From the NCBI GenBank assembly GCA_040079825.1, contig JBEBJP010000019.1, positions 1 through 14,635 of the forward strand: a DNA stretch of 14,635 bases, read 5' to 3'. Below are positions 1-4,406 of this stretch, one piece after another (the first letter of the stretch is position 1; every line of letters starts with the position of its first letter). The notes under the pieces were generated by a model that did not search any database, was not told the origin of the DNA, and saw only the letters and a list, made by a program, of their open reading frames with translations. The DNA comes from Parcubacteria group bacterium (lineage in GTDB: Bacteria > Patescibacteriota > Minisyncoccia > Phycocordibacterales > DATDWN01). A program made the translations under genes and the position numbers.

Positions 1-515
1 GACAGACTTATATCATTATCTAATTCATTAAGCTCACGCTCGGATAATTCATAAAGATTTTTGAGTTTTAATTTTGCTTTCTTTGCACGTTTCTTGGTTA
101 TGCGCCACGCATAAAGCACAAGAAGAACATTCATTGGTATTGCACTAATTAGAGGAAGACCATCAATAAAAAGACCAAGAAACCAAAAATAAAACTTTAT
201 TTTCCATTTCAAAAACCAACCTTTCCCAAGCATGAAAAAGAAAAGAAATGAAGTTAGAAAAAGACCTGTAAAAAAACTAACTCCAGGAATAAGACCAATC
301 ATTAAGAAAGTTAAAACTATATCTAAAAAATCCTTAAACGCCGCGAGAAGTAAAGGAATCATAAAAGCAGACTCGTCGTTCCCTTTTTCGATCTCAGTAT
401 TTAATTTTATCGCTAACTTTTTAGCTAGGTGTATTATTCTCCGTTCAACAGCAACATCTCTAACGATCAGTGATTTTAATGTGCTTTTTCCAGAATAATG
501 ATAGTTGTCAGCCAT
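1..515 (-). CDS. Membrane protein, truncated by the window edge (first 171 codons present)
   Basis: Hand translation of the minus strand from ATG (complement of 513-515) stays open to position 1: MADNYHYSGKSTLKSLIVRDVAVERRIIHLAKK..FMIPLLLAAFKDFLDIVLTFLMIGLIPGVSFFTGLFLTSFLFFFMLGKGWFLKWKIKFYFWFLGLFIDGLPLISAIPMNVLLVLYAWRITKKRAKK.. It has several long hydrophobic stretches. It is missing from the supplied track because it has no stop inside the window. The listed + ORF 232-498 is its Lys-rich antisense shadow. Confidence 0.5.
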   Translation of the reverse strand, partial: MADNYHYSGKSTLKSLIVRDVAVERRIIHLAKKLAIKLNTEIEKGNDESAFMIPLLLAAFKDFLDIVLTFLMIGLIPGVSFFTGLFLTSFLFFFMLGKGWFLKWKIKFYFWFLGLFIDGLPLISAIPMNVLLVLYAWRITKKRAKKAKLKLKNLYELSERELNELDNDISL

Positions 516-556
516 ACAAATAATTCAAAAGGAGTAAATATAATCTGTTAATTATG

Positions 557-612
557 TGCTAACTATAGTATGTAGAATCAAAGTTAGCAAGTATCTACAC
601 TTTTAGTGTAGA
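557..612 (+). promoter_or_regulatory. Two palindromic candidate operators in the divergent intergenic region upstream of the XRE gene
   Basis: TGCTAACT (557-564) and AGTTAGCA (582-589) form an 8-bp inverted repeat with a 17-bp spacer. TCTACAC (594-600) and GTGTAGA (606-612) form a 7-bp inverted repeat with a 5-bp spacer that touches the ATG at 612. Both were read directly from the sequence. The operator function is inferred. Confidence 0.35.
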
Positions 613-827
613 TGATAAATAAACAAATACTTACACAATTTGGGAAGCGAGTACGACAAGAACGAGATAAGAAAGGTTACTCTCAAGAAAGACTGGGAGA
701 ACTCGCAAAAGTACACCGAACATATATCGGCATGATTGAGCGTGCTGAGAAAAATATTACCCTGACAAATATGGAAAAGATCGCTCGTGCTTTAGGTAAA
801 AAAGTAAATGACCTTGTGGATTTTTAG
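612..827 (+). CDS. XRE-family helix-turn-helix transcriptional regulator (71 aa), resembling R-M controller (C) proteins
   Basis: The ORF track protein contains the typical HTH_3 pattern: GYSQERLGELAKVHRTYIGMIERAEKNITLTNMEKIARALG. The small single-domain size matches this family. Confidence 0.85.
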   Translation: MINKQILTQFGKRVRQERDKKGYSQERLGELAKVHRTYIGMIERAEKNITLTNMEKIARALGKKVNDLVDF

Positions 828-945
828 ATAAGGATTATTTTGGGATTAGTTAATAATTTATTTATATAATTGTCCTTGTTCAAACATAACTATTTTATTG
901 GTGAGTGTCTTCAAAGTATTTAAAATCAATATCATCTGCACAATT

Positions 946-1215
946 TTAGTTTGGAAATAATTTCGAAATATCAAACTCAAAAACAGCACTTGCTCTTGAT
1001 TTGATTCCCCTTAGTTCTTCGTCGGTCAAATCACTTCGACCAATTCTCTGAATAAGAGTTTCAATTGCATCTTTAACTTTTGCTAAGTGACTAATCGTTT
1101 CGGCTTTTTCTCCTTCAATCATTGTCATGGCTTTTGAGGTGTCTAGAAAACCATCAGCATTTTGTTTTGCACCCACAATTTTTTCAGAACCATTGTTATA
1201 CCCCTCCATTCCCAT
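946..1215 (-). CDS. Hypothetical protein (89 aa)
   Basis: ORF only, with no motif I recognise. It has its own promoter-like element upstream and follows the terminator of the toxin gene. Confidence 0.4.
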   Translation of the reverse strand: MGMEGYNNGSEKIVGAKQNADGFLDTSKAMTMIEGEKAETISHLAKVKDAIETLIQRIGRSDLTDEELRGIKSRASAVFEFDISKLFPN

Positions 1216-1244
1216 AAATTTTGTAGTTAAATGTTAATAAGATA

Positions 1245-1273
1245 ATTATAGTATGTATTTTTGCTATAAACAA
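1245..1273 (-). promoter_or_regulatory. Candidate sigma70-type promoter for the 89-aa ORF
   Basis: On the minus strand: TTGTTT (complement of 1268-1273), a 17-nt spacer, then TATAAT (complement of 1245-1250). It lies about 30 nt upstream of the ATG at 1215. Confidence 0.3.
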
Positions 1274-1311
1274 GGGCAGGTTGAACTAAATTTGTAATAT
1301 TGATTGTTCAT

Positions 1312-1339
1312 TTGACATTCATATTCAGTCCTGTATACT
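1312..1339 (+). promoter_or_regulatory. Near-consensus sigma70-type promoter on the + strand with no ORF downstream
   Basis: TTGACA (1312-1317), a 16-nt spacer, then TATACT (1334-1339). Transcription would start near 1346 and run into the hairpins at 1353-1362 and 1368-1393. Confidence 0.35.
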
Positions 1340-1367
1340 AATGGTACAAAGTGCCGAAAGGCTCCGA

Positions 1368-1393
1368 GAAACCCCGCAGAGATGCGGGGTTTC
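1368..1393. terminator. GC-rich hairpin at the 3' end of the MazF-like gene, a possible bidirectional terminator
   Basis: GAAACCCCGCA-GAGA-TGCGGGGTTTC is an 11-bp stem. It lies 3 nt from the toxin stop codon (1397-1399). It is followed by TTTC on the minus strand and GATTTAT on the plus strand, so both T-runs are weak. Confidence 0.5.
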
Positions 1394-1396
1394 GAT

Positions 1397-1801
1397 TTAT
1401 ACTAGAAATCCTCTCAATTTATCTCTTACTTTTACAAAGTCGTTATTGGAAATATCGTATATTTTTCTTTTCAATCTTTTTACACTAACCAGTTTTAATT
1501 GAGCTAAAATAACAGAAACCTTTTCTCCATTTGGATCAGTAAAATTAAAATAAAAATCAAATTTCTTTTGTTTGGTTGAAAGCGAAGCACACCAAAACAT
1601 GTGATTGTTAAATTTTTTAACGACTAGAACAGGACGAGAAAAATTTGTTCCACTTCCATTTTGTTCAAAACCGATATTCTTGCCAAGTGAAGACATCCAA
1701 ACTTCTCCCTCCTTTGGAAAGTAATCTGGCTCGGTAGTTTCAGATTGAATCTTTTTCTTTAGCTCATTCCAAGCGTCATATTCTTTTTCTTCATTATTCA
1801 T
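1397..1801 (-). CDS. PemK/MazF-family toxin-like endoribonuclease (134 aa)
   Basis: Family signature in correct order and spacing: GEVWMSSLGKNIGFEQNGSGTNFSRPVLVVKKF...SLSTK...VSVILAQLKLVSVKRLKRKIYDIS. Compare E. coli MazF: GDLIWVDFDPTKGSEQAGHRPAVVLS...ADQVKSIAWRAR. Confidence 0.75.
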   Translation of the reverse strand: MNNEEKEYDAWNELKKKIQSETTEPDYFPKEGEVWMSSLGKNIGFEQNGSGTNFSRPVLVVKKFNNHMFWCASLSTKQKKFDFYFNFTDPNGEKVSVILAQLKLVSVKRLKRKIYDISNNDFVKVRDKLRGFLV

Positions 1802-1821
1802 TTGCTTATCTTCTCAAATTT

Positions 1822-2357
1822 GTTTGCCGTAGGCAAACGGCTCAATTCTTCCCATGTGAGCAGTAAGGCTCACACTTGCGAGGGAGTCTTCTCGCCGTAG
1901 GCGTTCTCGTGTGCGCGCATGGGAGGGTTGGGGCAAGCACACATAATACTTTGAGTCTCGGACATGTTCCGTTTTGGGCGTGGTTAAATAAAAACAAAAG
2001 TGTACACTAACCACTAGCCCAAAGGAATGTGCGAGACACCATTTGAATTGGCACTAGAATTCCGTCAGTTTCTCCCTTAAGGAGAAACCCGCCCGAGACT
2101 CACCCCCGCCATACCGAATCCAAATGCAATCCGCGCCAAACAAACTTGCATGGGGTCGGGGGCGGGGCGAGGGCGGACACGGAACAGCGGGAACGGAGGC
2201 AGACTGTCGTACCCGACAGTCTGGTGGAGTGGACGCTGTGCCGTGACGGAATTCGTCGTGGAGCGTACAGATTAACTCAACACAACCACACGCTTCGCGC
2301 GTGCGACATCATTACTCACCGATTTTGGAAACAGGTTCGGATTTGGTAAAATAAACG
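1822..2357. ncRNA. Candidate large structured non-coding RNA, or other structured non-coding element. Strand and class are undetermined.
   Basis: G+C jumps sharply: 36 of 60 in 1861-1920 and 42 of 60 in 2161-2220, against 14 of 60 in 1441-1500. Stems are dense. Local hairpins are at 1822-1838, 1855-1874, 2068-2088 and 2200-2223 (a perfect 10-bp stem). Long-range pairs are 1952-1961 with 2093-2102 (10 bp) and 2104-2110 with 2161-2167. Only two short ORFs of odd composition are present. Confidence 0.4.
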
Positions 2358-2504
2358 CACCTTAAACGAACTAAAGGGTTCTGAATGCGAACCCAAGCGG
2401 AACGCCCGAAGGGCGTGCCAAGGATTTTCTGGCGGGGTTGCAAGGGAATTCTGGGATTTTGGCGCGCAAGCGCGCAAGGTTTTTTCGCCGAGGAGGAGGT
2501 TCGA
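2358..2504. repeat. Left copy of a perfect 147-bp inverted repeat (IR-L)
   Basis: A block-by-block reverse-complement comparison with 4077-4223 gives 147 of 147 identity. Identity breaks at 2357/4224 and at 2505/4076. Confidence 0.97.
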
Positions 2505-2553
2505 TATCAGAAACGATTTTGACTATGTACATGCTTCGCATACAAAAAGAATT

Positions 2554-2582
2554 TTGTTGCTAATTGTTTTTATTGGTATACT
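2554..2582 (+). promoter_or_regulatory. Candidate promoter of the recombinase gene
   Basis: TTGTTG (2554-2559), a 17-nt spacer, then TATACT (2577-2582). TG at 2574-2575 gives an extended -10 (TGgTATACT). It lies about 100 nt upstream of the ATG at 2688. Confidence 0.4.
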
Positions 2583-2687
2583 ACATTTGCTCTTAGTTCT
2601 ATTCGTTAATTCCAATAGCCACTTTGTGTTAGTTTTTTCTCACGATTAAGCTAAGAGCCACAGAGTGGTTATTCGAGTTTTAATTTT

Positions 2688-4406
2688 ATGTCACAAAAAT
2701 TCTTTTTGTATGCTCGCAAGAGCACCGATGTCGAGGATAAACAAGTTTTGAGTATTGAGGCACAGTTAACGGAATTGCGCGCGTTTGCTCGTGAACAGAA
2801 TTTAGAAATAGTTGAGGAGTTGGTGGAGAAACAGTCGGCCAAAATTCCTGGTCGTCCTATATTCAACAGTATGATGAAAAAACTTGAGCAAGGTGTTGCT
2901 CAAGGAATTTTGGCCTGGCATCCCGACAGACTGGCGCGCAATTCTGTAGACGGCGGACAAATAGTGTACTTTCTCGACATCGGAAAAATTCAAAATCTAA
3001 AGTTTATCTCGCACTGGTTTGAAAATACTCCGCAAGGAAAATTCTCATTATCAATGGCTTTCGTCCAAAGCAAATACTATGTCGATTCTCTTTCCGAAAA
3101 TACGAAACGCGGACTTCGCCAAAAAGTACGCATGGGTATATTCCCAAGCCAAGCTCCTTTGGGGTATTTGAACGACAGTAGAACAAAAACTATTGTGGTA
3201 AATCGAAAGCAAGCAAAAATTATCCGCTTGGCTTTTGAGAAATATGTTAAAGGTGGTGAGAGACTGGAAGATATCGCAAACTTTTTGGCGAAGTCCGGCA
3301 TTCTCACATGGAACGGAAAGAGAATCTCAAAAACAAGAACATCATTCATTTTGTCTAATACATTTTATGTTGGTTTCTTCAATTATTCTGGAGAATTGCA
3401 CGAAGGTAAACACGAGCCAATCATTTCAAAGAAACTTTTTGATGAAGCACAGGAAATGTTAAGAAAAAGAGGTCAGCCAGAGCGAAAAGCTAAAAATGAA
3501 CCTCAACCTTTTTGTGGATTAGTGTCCTGTGCTTCATGTGGAATGATGATAACTGGCGAACACAAATTCAAAAGGCAGAAGAATGGCAATGTTCACGAAT
3601 ATACTTACTATCGCTGTACTAAAAAACGTAAAGATTTTCAGTGTAAAGAATCTGCCGTTAGAGAAAAAGAAATGGATCGCCAGTTATCATCCCTAATTCA
3701 AAAAGTTTCTTTACCCAAAGACTGGGCGGAGGAGTTATTAACCATGGCGGAAAATGACCACAAGAACTCCGCCCCGTCTTTGGTTGCTTGTGTGAAAGAG
3801 AAACAAGAGATGATTTCTTCTTTGTCTAAAAAACTAGAGCGACTTCTCAATGGTTACCTCGACCAAGATATTGAAAAAGAAGTGTATCGTGTAGAAAAAG
3901 CAAAATTGTTATCCACGAAGAAGTCGCTCGAAGAAGAAATGACATCTCTTTCACACAAGCAAAATGATTGGCTCGAACCGATGCAAAAGTGGATACAAAA
4001 GGCTCAAACAATGGACAAAATCGCTTCTGATCCAGACCTTTTTGCTAAAAAGGTCTGTGCCAAAGAAATCTTTGGCTCGAACCTCCTCCTCGGCGAAAAA
4101 ACCTTGCGCGCTTGCGCGCCAAAATCCCAGAATTCCCTTGCAACCCCGCCAGAAAATCCTTGGCACGCCCTTCGGGCGTTCCGCTTGGGTTCGCATTCAG
4201 AACCCTTTAGTTCGTTTAAGGTGTCCGAGAGAGGACTTGAACCTCCACAGCTTGCGCCATACGAACCTCAATCGTACGTGTTTACCAGTTACACCACTCG
4301 GACATCAAACAATCAAATATACTTGAATTGTTGCTTTTTATCTATTTTCAAAGTCGTTTCTATTTTCTCGCGTTTTCTAGACAAACAAACAACATCTGAA
4401 CTATAG
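2688..4406 (+). CDS. Large serine recombinase/integrase (resolvase catalytic domain, recombinase domain, zinc ribbon, coiled coil)
   Basis: N-terminus FFLYARKSTDVEDKQVLSIEAQ carries the catalytic Ser motif, and HPDRLARN follows. The zinc ribbon is CGLVSCASCG...YYRCTKKRKDFQC, followed by a long coiled-coil region. The conserved family end (EIFGSNLLLGEKTL) lies near 4070-4110. The ORF then runs without a stop through IR-R, antisense tRNA-Leu and antisense HE gene to 4406. The last 60-100 residues are probably fortuitous read-through. Confidence 0.9.
   Translation: MSQKFFLYARKSTDVEDKQVLSIEAQLTELRAFAREQNLEIVEELVEKQSAKIPGRPIFNSMMKKLEQGVAQGILAWHPDRLARNSVDGGQIVYFLDIGKIQNLKFISHWFENTPQGKFSLSMAFVQSKYYVDSLSENTKRGLRQKVRMGIFPSQAPLGYLNDSRTKTIVVNRKQAKIIRLAFEKYVKGGERLEDIANFLAKSGILTWNGKRISKTRTSFILSNTFYVGFFNYSGELHEGKHEPIISKKLFDEAQEMLRKRGQPERKAKNEPQPFCGLVSCASCGMMITGEHKFKRQKNGNVHEYTYYRCTKKRKDFQCKESAVREKEMDRQLSSLIQKVSLPKDWAEELLTMAENDHKNSAPSLVACVKEKQEMISSLSKKLERLLNGYLDQDIEKEVYRVEKAKLLSTKKSLEEEMTSLSHKQNDWLEPMQKWIQKAQTMDKIASDPDLFAKKVCAKEIFGSNLLLGEKTLRACAPKSQNSLATPPENPWHALRAFRLGSHSEPFSSFKVSERGLEPPQLAPYEPQSYVFTSYTTRTSNNQIYLNCCFLSIFKVVSIFSRFLDKQTTSEL
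4077..4223. repeat. Right copy of the perfect 147-bp inverted repeat (IR-R)
   Basis: Exact reverse complement of 2358-2504. It lies inside the recombinase reading frame. Its outer 2 nt (4222-4223) are the discriminator and last acceptor base of tRNA-Leu. Confidence 0.97.
4096..4119 (-). terminator. Weak terminator-like hairpin downstream of tRNA-Leu, with a mirror copy on the + strand at 2462-2485
   Basis: Read in the repeat orientation: GCGCG-CAAG-CGCGC, then AAGG, then TTTTTT. The stem is short and there is a 4-nt gap before the T-run, so this is tentative. Confidence 0.3.
4222..4303 (-). tRNA. tRNA-Leu (anticodon GAG), type II with long variable arm
   Basis: Reverse complement folds as a cloverleaf: GTCCGAG TG GTGT AACTGGTAA ACAC G TACGA TTGAGGT TCGTA TGGCGCAAGCTGT GGAGG TTCAAGT CCTCT CTCGGAC A. 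All stems pair, the T-loop is TTCAAGT and the discriminator is A73. Confidence 0.9.

Larger units (their letters stand above)
2358..4223 (+). mobile_element. Candidate 1,866-bp IR-bounded unit carrying only a large serine recombinase (a minimal mobile element or an invertible cassette)
   Basis: The perfect 147-bp inverted repeats enclose just a promoter-like region and the recombinase gene. The right end abuts the tRNA-Leu 3' end, a classical integration target. Mobility or inversion is inferred, not shown. Confidence 0.4.

Noticed and set aside
232-498. + strand ORF of 88 aa, Lys/Ile-rich
   Set aside because: It is the antisense shadow of the longer minus-strand membrane-protein ORF (1-515). 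Its composition is low-complexity, typical of the reverse frame of a Phe/Leu-rich protein.
1814-2349. Two ORFs of about 66 aa inside the GC-rich block (1814-2014 minus, 2146-2349 plus)
   Set aside because: Their composition looks unnatural (Arg/Gly/His runs) and they are built from hairpin arms. No motif was recognised. They are treated as non-coding, though 1814-2014 is kept as a long-shot antitoxin candidate in the findings.
1802-2360. ORF-less group II intron on the minus strand, because the sequence starts GTGCG at 2360-2356
   Set aside because: - I could find no domain V-like 34-nt bulged hairpin with an AGC triad.
- There is no domain VI with a bulged A near the 3' end.
- There is no reverse transcriptase.
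- Three of the five GTGCG bases belong to the inverted repeat, so the match is probably chance.
1822-2361. tmRNA, RNase P RNA or group I intron as the identity of the GC-rich block
   Set aside because: - tmRNA: there is no tRNA-like acceptor/T-arm pairing of the 5' and 3' ends, and no plausible tag reading frame ending in hydrophobic residues.
- RNase P: the GGAACATGTCCGAGACTC segment resembles the P4 region, but it pairs with 2093-2102 instead of an ACAGAA..CCGGCUUA partner.
- Group I intron: an AATCCGCGC segment resembles the Q element, but matching P, R and S elements are absent.

A covariance-model scan is needed for certainty.
1802-2504. ToxI-like tandem repeat array (type III antitoxin) upstream of the MazF-like gene
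   Set aside because: No tandem direct repeats of any period were seen in this block.
2669-4326. Seven short ORFs overlapping the recombinase gene (2669-2866, 2802-2993, 3004-3186, 3077-3349, 3235-3462, 3951-4196, 3964-4326)
   Set aside because: All lie inside or antisense to a well-supported 460+ codon recombinase frame. None shows a motif.
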